Shown: positions 7,542-15,815, numbered from the stretch's first letter. The stretch is DNA of 32,000 bases from Microcystis aeruginosa NIES-843 (GCF_000010625.1 NC_010296.1:150001-182000), one strand, 5' to 3'. A program made the numbers and translations. The notes: generated from the sequence alone by a model not told the origin.

Positions 7542-8864
7542 TTACACATCATCTTGAGGAGAAACGCTATATTTGATAAAATTTAACCAATCTTGGATTT
7601 CCTGTCCTAACCAGAGACATTCATCCTCGCGGAGATTCTGACCGATAAGATAATAATTTTTAGCCGTCCGCAGACGAATCTGATAGTTACCTTCTGTGCC
7701 ATTGCTATGGAGAAAAATACCCCATAAATCTTGAGTTTTGAAAGCAAATTTGTCGTAAATAAAATTGAAGATTTTATATTTAATTAAAACTTCTTGAGGG
7801 GTAAGAATTAATTGCATCTCACGCAAACAAATAAAACCAATTAGAGCTAAAATAAAGGTAAGAATCGGGGAGATAAAGATACTGACAGTAAGGACAATCG
7901 CCAAAGACCAGAGGGTAGGTGCATCGGAAGGTAGCTTAATTTTAGGGGGTAAATTAATCTCTAAATTATCCCGGTGTTTAGCGATACGGATGGAACTGTG
8001 GGGAGGTTTTGGTAATTTCTTAGGATCGATTAAACTTGAGGCTTGGCGATAGTAGGGATGTTGGAGAAATTTCAGAGCTTCTCTGGCACTTTTAAACCGC
8101 TTTTCTACCGCTATATCGGTCATAGTTTCTAACCAATCGATTAAATCATCATCAATTGTCACCCGTTGGCGAAATTGAATTTTAGAGTCGCGGTGGGGCA
8201 ATTCTATCGGGACAATTCCCGTCAATAAATGAATTAAAGTCATACCCAAGGCATATAAATCAGAACTGGGAACCGCCCGGCCCCAAAATTGTTCTAGGGG
8301 TGCATAACCACTCGTCCCCACCACGGTAAAAGTAACTCCCGTCACTGCACCGCGGGACTGGACTGCCCCAAAATCTACTAAATAAACGTTATTTTCCGAG
8401 TTAATAATTAAATTACTAGGTTTAATATCTCGATGTAATACTGGGGGCGATAATTCATGCAAATAGATGAGAATTTCGAGAACTTCTTGGGCAATAGTCC
8501 GAATTACCGTAGCGGTGAAACGTTGCCCCCTTTCTAAGCGATCGCTTAGAGATTCTCCGGGTATATAATCTTGTACAAGCACAAACCAAGGAATCCCGTC
8601 ACCTTGATTTTTATCGAGGGAAAAATAATCGCGATAGCGGGGAATACGGGGATGATAGAGAGAAGCTAAAACGGCGGCCTCTCGTTCAAATAATTTTAAT
8701 TCTTCCCACTCCATCTGGGGACTAAAAGCGAGGAGTTTAATAATTACCGATTCCTGGGATAATACATCGATAGCTAACCAAGTTTGACGACCGATAGCGG
8801 TATTGCCTAGGCGTTGTTGCAGTTGGTAACGTTCAGCTAAAAGAGAATCAGAAGTAAAGGTCAT
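7542..8864 (-). CDS. Ser/Thr protein kinase (Hanks type) with a C-terminal membrane hairpin and an uncharacterised tail domain
   Basis: Catalytic loop 'HRDIKPSNLII', 'VDFGAV', activation segment 'GTSGYAPLEQ' and 'SDLYALGMTL'. A hydrophobic stretch 'LWSLAIVLTVSIFISPILTFILALIGFICL' is followed by a ~95-aa tail. The glycine-rich loop is degenerate (LGNTAIGRQTW). Confidence 0.9.
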   Translation of the reverse strand: MTFTSDSLLAERYQLQQRLGNTAIGRQTWLAIDVLSQESVIIKLLAFSPQMEWEELKLFEREAAVLASLYHPRIPRYRDYFSLDKNQGDGIPWFVLVQDYIPGESLSDRLERGQRFTATVIRTIAQEVLEILIYLHELSPPVLHRDIKPSNLIINSENNVYLVDFGAVQSRGAVTGVTFTVVGTSGYAPLEQFWGRAVPSSDLYALGMTLIHLLTGIVPIELPHRDSKIQFRQRVTIDDDLIDWLETMTDIAVEKRFKSAREALKFLQHPYYRQASSLIDPKKLPKPPHSSIRIAKHRDNLEINLPPKIKLPSDAPTLWSLAIVLTVSIFISPILTFILALIGFICLREMQLILTPQEVLIKYKIFNFIYDKFAFKTQDLWGIFLHSNGTEGNYQIRLRTAKNYYLIGQNLREDECLWLGQEIQDWLNFIKYSVSPQDDV

Positions 8865-8882
8865 AGTGGCTTTTCCCTTATT

Positions 8883-9074
8883 TAGGGTCTGCTGAAAAAG
8901 TTTTTCCTGGGGACAGGGTGTGGGGTGTGGGGTGTGGGGTGTGGGAAGTGGGAAGAATAAATAAAAATAATCTCCTATCTCCTATCTCCTATCTCCTATC
9001 TCCTGACGACCGGCTACTGACGACCGGCTACTGACTCCTAACCCCACCAACAAACTTTTTGCCGCAAACCCTAA
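8883..9074. repeat. complete composite intergenic element: imperfect ~23-bp terminal inverted repeats enclosing tandem arrays
   Basis: The left end TAGGGTCTGCTGAAAAAGTTT pairs with the right end AAACTTTTTGCCGCAAACCCTAA, which is its reverse complement with 3 mismatches. The interior holds (GGGGTGT)~3.5, (CTCCTAT)5 and (TGACGACCGGCTAC)2. Confidence 0.75.
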
Positions 9075-9964
9075 TTAATATCAATTTGTTTTTTGGCTGT
9101 CCAACAAAGGGCGATTCCTTTTTCTTTATAGGAAGATTCTCCGACAAAGATAGGATATAATTCAGATTCCCCACGATAGATAATTTCCTGACCATCAAAT
9201 CCTAGAAAAATCGGTTGATTGGGTTGAATTGCCTGATAATCTCGTTGGAGAATCTGAGGATGTAACATGGCTTTAATTTCACCCTGTTCATCCCTAGGAT
9301 AATCGATCGAGCCTAAACGTTGGTAAACTGTGAGGGATTCGCTGAAAGTATCGAGATGGGCAGCCAGATAATTTTCCTGTTCGATGTAGTCTAGGATTTG
9401 ATAGATGAGTGTTTCGGTTTGACGAAAAAGATAGGGACAGATGACACCATGGTTAACCGGACCGATTTCGAGGGTAAAAGCTAGGGGACAAATTCCTTTC
9501 AGAAAATGATTTTCTTCCTCGCTGACGGGATGATAAATTAAGCGCACATCAGGATTAATTTTAGTCAGATAGGTAAAGAGTTTTAATAGCCAAGGATGGG
9601 GATTAGAATAAATAATTGCCAGCATCATGTTAGATGTGGTGCTGTGAATATCGATTAATAAATCAATGGATTTTTCTCGGATTTCTTTGACTATTTTTTT
9701 GGCTCGTTTTTGTTCGTATTGCTGACAATCGGGATTAACTAAATCTTTCTGGTTAAAACAACGATTTAAATCCGTATCGATATATCTAAACCGTTGCTTT
9801 AGGGCTAAGGGATTAGCGATGAGACTGTGGGATTGAAAACTGCTGCGAGCAATAAGATTAGGTGACTTTTGCAGGTATTTAACCAAATAAGCGGGAGTTA
9901 GTTCATTGCCATGCACACCGGCAATTAAAGCCAGATTTTTAATAGTAGTTTTCTGCTCGATCAT
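9071..9964 (-). CDS. aspartoacylase / succinylglutamate desuccinylase (AstE-AspA, M14-like) family protein
   Basis: The N-terminal 'IAGVHGNELTPAYLV' zinc-ligand motif, a later 'DIHSTTS' motif and the ~300-aa length are typical of the family. Confidence 0.78.
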   Translation of the reverse strand: MIEQKTTIKNLALIAGVHGNELTPAYLVKYLQKSPNLIARSSFQSHSLIANPLALKQRFRYIDTDLNRCFNQKDLVNPDCQQYEQKRAKKIVKEIREKSIDLLIDIHSTTSNMMLAIIYSNPHPWLLKLFTYLTKINPDVRLIYHPVSEEENHFLKGICPLAFTLEIGPVNHGVICPYLFRQTETLIYQILDYIEQENYLAAHLDTFSESLTVYQRLGSIDYPRDEQGEIKAMLHPQILQRDYQAIQPNQPIFLGFDGQEIIYRGESELYPIFVGESSYKEKGIALCWTAKKQIDIN

Positions 9965-10018
9965 TTTTTATAATTTTTGAGAAGTTAAGTGGGTGGGTGG
10001 AATTAAATATAAGATGAA

Positions 10019-10084
10019 CGTAGGTTGGGTTGAAGCATGAAACCCAACGCCAGATTATGTTACGCTACCGCTAACCCATCCTAC
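10019..10084. repeat. small dispersed cyanobacterial repeat with a hairpin (gttgggtt-N9-aacccaac)
   Basis: An 8-bp perfect stem at 10024-10031/10041-10048 is followed by 'ctaacccatcctac'. A partial, opposite-orientation copy ('ggtttcatgcttcaactcaacctaag') lies at ~989-1012. Confidence 0.5.
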
Positions 10085-10116
10085 AAATAATTGTGCCTCC
10101 CTACTTATAATTATTT

Positions 10117-10223
10117 ATGGTTTGCGGCAAAAAGTTTGTTGGTGGGGTTAGGAGTCGGTCGTCGGTCGTCAGAAGATTATTTTTATTTATTCTTCCCACA
10201 CCCCACACCCCACAACCCACCCC
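10117..10223. repeat. half copy of the composite element, inverted relative to 8883-9074
   Basis: Its reverse complement reads ggggtgtggggtgtgggaagaataaataaaaataatc..gactcctaaccccaccaacaaactttttgccgcaaacc. This is colinear with 8925-9070 but has different array copy numbers. Confidence 0.78.
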
Positions 10224-10233
10224 TATAACTGAT

Positions 10234-11220
10234 TTAGAAAAACCAGCCGTAGGAATGAAGACCTTTACCTAAAAGATTCACCCCTAAATAACATACCCAA
10301 ACCACAACAAAACCACTGGCAGCTAGAATAGCCGGTTTTCTTCCCTGCCATCCCCGGGTAATGCGGGCATGGAGATAAGCGGCAAACACTAACCAAGTGA
10401 TTAGCGCCCAAGTTTCTTTCGGATCCCAACTCCAATAGGAACCCCAAGCTTCATTGGCCCAAACTGCCCCGGCGATGATACCGATAGTGAGAAGGGGAAA
10501 ACCGAGACCGATGACCCGATAACTGATATTATCGAGGGTTTCCGCCAAGCTAAGACGTTGGGGCGAAAGAGTCGCCATCGCTGTTAAGGTGGGAGTTAAA
10601 AGGGCGGTTGTGCCACCGTTAGCCGTTTCCATGAAAATTGGGGCAGAAAGAGTGGTAGATAACTTATTTTGCAGACGATAGGCTCCCGTACCCACGGAAC
10701 TGCCTTTTAACTCGATATTTTGACCTCTAGTGACGATCAGAAAAGCGATCGCCATCAGGGAACCCACCATCAAAGCAGCATAACTTAACATCATGACGCT
10801 AACGTGCATCATCAACCAATTCGATTTTAAAGCTGGAACCAAGGGCGCCGAAGTTTGCATTTCCCCGGGTAAGGACAAAGTGGCAAAAGCAGTAATCCCC
10901 ATGGCTACAGGAGTCGTCACCACCCCCACCAGGCGACTGCGGCTAGTGTACTCAGCAATTAAATGAACCGCAGTTACACCCCAAGCGAGAAAGAATAAAG
11001 ATTCGTAAAGATTGCTGATGGGGAAATAACCCGCTTCTAACCAGCGCGCCCCCAATAAAGCGGCGATACAGAGGTTAGCGATGGCCACTCCCGTGCTGCC
11101 CAGGCCCGGCAACAAAGGTATGCTAGGAAAGGCTGCCCCAGCCCAATAAACCAGCATGGTTAAAAACAGGACTAAAAAAGAAGTGTTATCGAGAAAGTTC
11201 TCTAAGCTAACTAAATTCAT
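10234..11220 (-). CDS. ccsA: cytochrome c biogenesis protein CcsA (System II heme-handling subunit)
   Basis: Polytopic membrane protein carrying the tryptophan-rich '[18 protein letters not shown]' (WWD) motif and conserved His residues. Confidence 0.93.
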   Translation of the reverse strand: MNLVSLENFLDNTSFLVLFLTMLVYWAGAAFPSIPLLPGLGSTGVAIANLCIAALLGARWLEAGYFPISNLYESLFFLAWGVTAVHLIAEYTSRSRLVGVVTTPVAMGITAFATLSLPGEMQTSAPLVPALKSNWLMMHVSVMMLSYAALMVGSLMAIAFLIVTRGQNIELKGSSVGTGAYRLQNKLSTTLSAPIFMETANGGTTALLTPTLTAMATLSPQRLSLAETLDNISYRVIGLGFPLLTIGIIAGAVWANEAWGSYWSWDPKETWALITWLVFAAYLHARITRGWQGRKPAILAASGFVVVWVCYLGVNLLGKGLHSYGWFF

Positions 11221-11352
11221 GGGATTTCTCTCGTTTGTCGCTCGCTCGCTACCAAGTATTCCATCCTCTATCCTATCCCATCGGTAAGGCGATCGAGACA
11301 GGGAATTGTTAGTATAAACTTTGCATTTTCACTCTGACCCACCCTAAAAATT

Positions 11353-13317
11353 ATGACTAATCAAGAAGATAATCAATTTTCCTGGTCGCGTTTGCCTCTG
11401 TTAGGCAAAATCCTGATCATTTGTTCTGGTGTTGCCGCTTTAGGCTATTTTCTTATCCCTCGTCCCTCAGAATTATCCAATATTCCCCTCGAACCCTACA
11501 GCGAATTTATCAATAAAGTGGAACGGGGCGACATCAGTAAGGTCAGAATTGGCAATCAAGTCATCTTTTATCAATTAAAAAATCCTTTAGAATCCCTGCC
11601 TATTCCGGGTAATCCCCCCGTTAATCCCCCAGAATCAAGTAATCCCTTTCACAGTGATTCTAGTTCTCTGGCCAGCAAACCAAGCAGTAATCTAGTCTCC
11701 GGACGAGTCTTGTCCACGATTCCAGTTTATAACCCCCAATTACCCCAACTATTACAGCAAAAAGGCGTAATCTTCGAGGCGATTCCTGTGGCCGAAAACA
11801 GTTGGATCAGCACTCTCCTCGCTTGGGTGGTTCCTCCCTTAATTTTAGTCGCCGCCATGCAGTTTCTGTTCTATCGCAACGATGACACGCGTAAATCGCT
11901 GCTTTTTAACAAAAATCTCGCTAAAGTTTACGGAGACGGCGAAAAATATCCGATTACCTTCAGTGATGTGGCCGGGGCCGAGGAAGCAAAAACCGAGTTA
12001 AAGGAAATCGTCGAATTTCTCAAGGATGCCGAGCGCTTTAATAAAATCGGGGCGCGTATTCCTAAGGGTGTTCTCTTGGTTGGACCGCCGGGGACAGGAA
12101 AAACCCTCTTAGCGAAAGCGGTCGCGGGAGAAGCGGGAGTGACTTTTTTTAGCATTTCGGCCTCGGAATTCGTGGAGTTATTTGTCGGCACCGGGGCGGC
12201 CCGGGTGCGGGATCTATTTGCCCAAGCGAAGAAAAATGCCCCTAGCATCATTTTTATTGATGAATTGGACGCGATCGGTAAATCGAGAAGTTCGGGATCG
12301 GGAACTAGCGGCAGCAATGATGAGCGCGAGCAGACTTTAAACCAACTTTTGACAGAAATGGACGGTTTTAGCCCCAAAGAAGCCGTCGTCATCGTTTTAG
12401 CCGCCACCAATCGCCCAGAGACTCTTGATGCCGCTTTATTGCGTCCGGGGCGCTTTGATCGCCAAGTTTTGGTGGATCGTCCCGATTTAGCGGGAAGATT
12501 GGCAATTTTGGAAATATACGCCCAACGAGTCCAGATGGGTGAAGATGTTAACCTCAAAGCGATCGCCACCCAAACCCCCGGTTTTGCTGGTGCCGATTTA
12601 GCCAACCTCGTCAATGAGGCTGCTCTCTTGGCTGCCCGCAATAATCGGGAAAAAGTCAGTCAAATTGACTTTAAAGAGGCGATAGAAAGAGTTATCGCTG
12701 GCTTAGAAAAGAAAAGTCGCGTTTTATCGGAAAAAGAAAAGAAAATCGTCGCTTATCACGAAGTTGGCCATGCTTTAGTCGGTGCTGTCATGCCGGGAGG
12801 TGGTCGGGTGGAGAAAATTTCCATCGTTCCCCGGGGTTTATCCGCTTTGGGTTATACCCTGAAAATTCCCACGGAAGACCGTTTTTTGATGACAGAAACC
12901 GAATTTAAGGAACAAATTACTATGTTATTGGGCGGTCGGGCAGCCGAAGAATTAATCTTTGGCAGTGTCACTAATGGCGCTTCCGATGATTTACAAAGGG
13001 CGACGGATATTGCTGAAAGAATGGTGACAATGTATGGTATGAGTAAATCCCTGGGACCCCTAGCCTACGATAAAACAGGACAGGCTAATTTTTTAGGTAA
13101 TAATCAGGGTAGTCCCCGCCGTTCGATCGGGGAAAATACGGCCAAAGCGATCGATGAAGAAGTTAAACAAATTATCGACGCTAGTTACCAAAAAGCCCTA
13201 GCAATTCTCAGTCACAATCGCAATTTATTAGAGTCCATTACCGCTAATCTTTTGACCACCGAAGTAATCGAAGGAGAAGAATTGCAAGAATTCTTAAATC
13301 AAGCGCAAATGGTCTGA
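11353..13317 (+). CDS. ftsH: ATP-dependent zinc metalloprotease FtsH
   Basis: Two N-terminal TM helices, Walker A 'GPPGTGKT', Walker B 'IIFIDELD', an SRH region and the zinc motif 'HEVGHAL'. Confidence 0.95.
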   Translation: MTNQEDNQFSWSRLPLLGKILIICSGVAALGYFLIPRPSELSNIPLEPYSEFINKVERGDISKVRIGNQVIFYQLKNPLESLPIPGNPPVNPPESSNPFHSDSSSLASKPSSNLVSGRVLSTIPVYNPQLPQLLQQKGVIFEAIPVAENSWISTLLAWVVPPLILVAAMQFLFYRNDDTRKSLLFNKNLAKVYGDGEKYPITFSDVAGAEEAKTELKEIVEFLKDAERFNKIGARIPKGVLLVGPPGTGKTLLAKAVAGEAGVTFFSISASEFVELFVGTGAARVRDLFAQAKKNAPSIIFIDELDAIGKSRSSGSGTSGSNDEREQTLNQLLTEMDGFSPKEAVVIVLAATNRPETLDAALLRPGRFDRQVLVDRPDLAGRLAILEIYAQRVQMGEDVNLKAIATQTPGFAGADLANLVNEAALLAARNNREKVSQIDFKEAIERVIAGLEKKSRVLSEKEKKIVAYHEVGHALVGAVMPGGGRVEKISIVPRGLSALGYTLKIPTEDRFLMTETEFKEQITMLLGGRAAEELIFGSVTNGASDDLQRATDIAERMVTMYGMSKSLGPLAYDKTGQANFLGNNQGSPRRSIGENTAKAIDEEVKQIIDASYQKALAILSHNRNLLESITANLLTTEVIEGEELQEFLNQAQMV

Positions 13318-13331
13318 TCAATCCCCATAAA

Positions 13332-13470
13332 TAGGGTCTGCTGAAAAAGTTTTTCGTGGGGACAGGGTGTGGGGTGTGGGGTGTGGGGAAGTGGGGAAGT
13401 GGGGAGAACAAAGCTGCCTTTTGCCTTTTGCCTTTTGCCTCTCCTCATAACTAGGGTTTGCTGAATAAAT
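13332..13470. repeat. composite element copy: left anchor plus arrays, followed by a second truncated anchor
   Basis: TAGGGTCTGCTGAAAAAGTTTTTC is followed by (GGGGTGT)3, (GGGGAAGT)~2.5 and (GCCTTTT)~3.5, then 'ctagggtttgctgaataaat'. It starts 14 nt after the ftsH stop. Confidence 0.7.
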
Positions 13471-13576
13471 AGTCGAGAAAAGCTAAGCTAAACGGCTTTT
13501 ACTTCGGATCACCGATATAGACTCCAAAAGGGTTATAGCTGTTGGATCATGCAGGTTAAGCGCCGTTTAGCTTAAC

Positions 13577-15493
13577 TTAAGGAGAAGACAGGATCAAAGC
13601 ATTAGAAAATTGATATTTCCCTGCTTTGACGGTTAATTTGCCCTTTTTCCATGGCAAAGAAACGGGAGAGTTATCTCGACTTAAACTGTTATAAAGGGCG
13701 AAATTTTTTGACCAATCGTGCTTTTGACCGTTACGAATTAAAATCGGCAGTAGATTGATTTGATTATAGGTCAATTGTAAACTCTGCCCTTGACTGCCTT
13801 TAAATAAGAGGCTGCCTTGGTTAATTTGAGTTAAATTTACTTGACTTTTTTGCTTAAATATGCTCTTGAAATTCTCATAACTACCCTGGGTTGCCGCTTC
13901 CCCCACTTCCAGAGCAAAACCCGCATAATTGTTACCTGTGGGTAAAGCTTGGTAGGTATTATCATCGGGATAAGGGGAATTAGGAATCTCGATCATTTCA
14001 GGAGAAGAAAGATTTATTAATCTCAGGGCTAACCAAGTTTTTTCTAATTGAATAAACCAGATATTATCATCTTTTTCTACCTTGGCAGTTTTCGGTAATT
14101 GCCAGAAAAAAGCTTGGTCTGCTGGTCGTAACCAGATTAAAAGATTACGATATTGTCCGATTTCATCCCCGGGATTTTTGCCCGGTTTTACGCCATTTTT
14201 GCCAGTGTTAGCCACAAAAAAATCCACCCCTTTGTGTTGATTAAAGGCCATTAATTTAAATGGGGCCACATCGCCATCGGGGAAAGTTCCCGCCAGACTA
14301 CCCATTTGATAACTAGCCCCGATAAATTGAGTTTCCCAATAACCTGGACTTTGATTATTGCCCGGTTTCCAGTTTTCATACAGGGGTTTACTGGCGAGAA
14401 TTTCTACCGGTTTATTAAAGTTTTTTCGGGCTAATTCCATCACTGCTAAAGGAGGACGATAACCACTGGTAATTAGATAAAGAGAGTCCAATTCCGGGCG
14501 ATTATTGGGGACAGGAGTATCACCAAAGTATAGCCAAAAAGTGCGGCCTGCGTGCGATCGCATTACGCCATGGCCATCACCATAATCACGTTTTACAGGG
14601 CCCCCCCAACCACCGCGATAATATTTAACACTAGCGGCCATGGATAACCAATCTAAGGCCATTTTTGCCCATTGTTTAACTTCCGTATCTTGAGCAAAAT
14701 CGTAGAGATTGAGATAGGGAGCAAAGGTGTGACCGTGATAAACTTCTGAATCCCATTCTCCCATACCGATGTTATATAAAGCTGAAACGTAACGCTTAAT
14801 TTTACTTTTATAAATTTGACGAGTTGCTTCATTTCCGGTTTCTTCGGCCATCAGATAAACCGATGTTTCGCGCATCGCTCGCAGGTTATCAGTATTGCGA
14901 CTATCTACCCATAAACCCCGTCTTGTTATACTCCAATCATTACCCGTTCCTTGGCCCGTACCGTGGACAGGATGGGGCCGTTGTAAAGGGTCGGTTTCTG
15001 TCCAAATTTTCGCCGCATTATACATTCTCTGACGATAAACAGGATCGAGATATTTTCCGAGAAGAAAATACTTTCTAATTTGTCCTTTCAGGGTAAAAGA
15101 AAAATAATAATCTATATAATCGGTGTGGGCCTGTTCCCGTTTTTGTGGGTCATCCTGCTGCAGGAAATCTAGGGCTTTTTGCCGGTTTCCTGCCAAGAAA
15201 TCAAACATGGCCATAGGATAGGATTTTTTCTCGTTTTCTCCCCACAAATTGCCATAACTTTCTGCCTTAGCAAAATGGTTAATAACTTGCTTGGCCCTTT
15301 GTTGAAATTCTGCCTCTAATTCCGGTTTCCAATCGTTAAGATATTGGGGTTTAACTTCGGCAACGGGGAAGGAATAGATCGAGTTTTGAGAAACAGAATA
15401 GAGGGAATTCAAGCCAATAGTAAATAGGGCAATTATTACCGCTAAAATTAGATATTTAATTCTAGATCCAATCGTCATCTTCGGCAAATTCAT
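13577..15493 (-). CDS. hypothetical 638-aa protein with an N-terminal signal anchor; family not recognised
   Basis: A long ORF with a hydrophobic N-terminus (YLILAVIIALFTIGLNSL). AAGGAA lies 6 nt upstream of ATG 15493. An alpha-helical-repeat, polysaccharide-lyase-like character is only an impression. Confidence 0.7.
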   Translation of the reverse strand: MNLPKMTIGSRIKYLILAVIIALFTIGLNSLYSVSQNSIYSFPVAEVKPQYLNDWKPELEAEFQQRAKQVINHFAKAESYGNLWGENEKKSYPMAMFDFLAGNRQKALDFLQQDDPQKREQAHTDYIDYYFSFTLKGQIRKYFLLGKYLDPVYRQRMYNAAKIWTETDPLQRPHPVHGTGQGTGNDWSITRRGLWVDSRNTDNLRAMRETSVYLMAEETGNEATRQIYKSKIKRYVSALYNIGMGEWDSEVYHGHTFAPYLNLYDFAQDTEVKQWAKMALDWLSMAASVKYYRGGWGGPVKRDYGDGHGVMRSHAGRTFWLYFGDTPVPNNRPELDSLYLITSGYRPPLAVMELARKNFNKPVEILASKPLYENWKPGNNQSPGYWETQFIGASYQMGSLAGTFPDGDVAPFKLMAFNQHKGVDFFVANTGKNGVKPGKNPGDEIGQYRNLLIWLRPADQAFFWQLPKTAKVEKDDNIWFIQLEKTWLALRLINLSSPEMIEIPNSPYPDDNTYQALPTGNNYAGFALEVGEAATQGSYENFKSIFKQKSQVNLTQINQGSLLFKGSQGQSLQLTYNQINLLPILIRNGQKHDWSKNFALYNSLSRDNSPVSLPWKKGKLTVKAGKYQFSNALILSSP

Positions 15494-15815
15494 CGATGTT
15501 TCCTTGATTTTCTGGGGACTCAGGTTTATTTTCTTTATCTAATTGTAAAGGAACTGGTTCAGGAGCGATAATTTCTGGTAATAATTCTTCGGGTTTTTGA
15601 CCATCTACCTCCACCACAATCATTTCTGTGACGGGAAACCAAAGTATGCGGCCTTGATCATCACAAACCGTCAGCGATCGAGATTTATCTGGAGTCTCGG
15701 TTGCGAAGAAATCTCCTAACATTTTGGCGGGTAAAATATTCTTACTTTCACCCCCACTAACTCCTAGGAATATATATTCGTTACCTGTGGTCAAATGTTG
15801 GACAATAATCGCCAT
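15462..15815 (-). CDS. hypothetical 117-aa protein with a Pro/Glu-rich acidic tail ending DDDWI
   Basis: ATG-initiated ORF that overlaps the downstream 638-aa gene by 32 nt, which suggests translational coupling. Confidence 0.55.
   Translation of the reverse strand: MAIIVQHLTTGNEYIFLGVSGGESKNILPAKMLGDFFATETPDKSRSLTVCDDQGRILWFPVTEMIVVEVDGQKPEELLPEIIAPEPVPLQLDKENKPESPENQGNIDEFAEDDDWI

Noticed and set aside
8914-9035. Tandem short repeats considered as a possible CRISPR array
   Set aside because: The units are 7-14 nt with no spacers, and there are no cas genes. These are simple tandem (STRR-like) arrays.
11928-12641. 237-aa ORF antisense to ftsH. The same applies to the other antisense or embedded ORFs in the track: 2045-2296, 2101-2283, 2277-2465, 2575-2787, 10265-10447, 14824-15078, 16137-16487, 16642-16917, 17649-17975, 18014-18220, 19932-20156, 20454-20765, 20482-20679, 23029-23337, 28756-28986, 28996-29196 and 30322-30525.
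   Set aside because: Each lies wholly or mostly inside a confidently identified gene on the other strand or in another frame. Their products are low-complexity, Arg/Ser/Pro-rich and family-less, which is typical of shadow ORFs.
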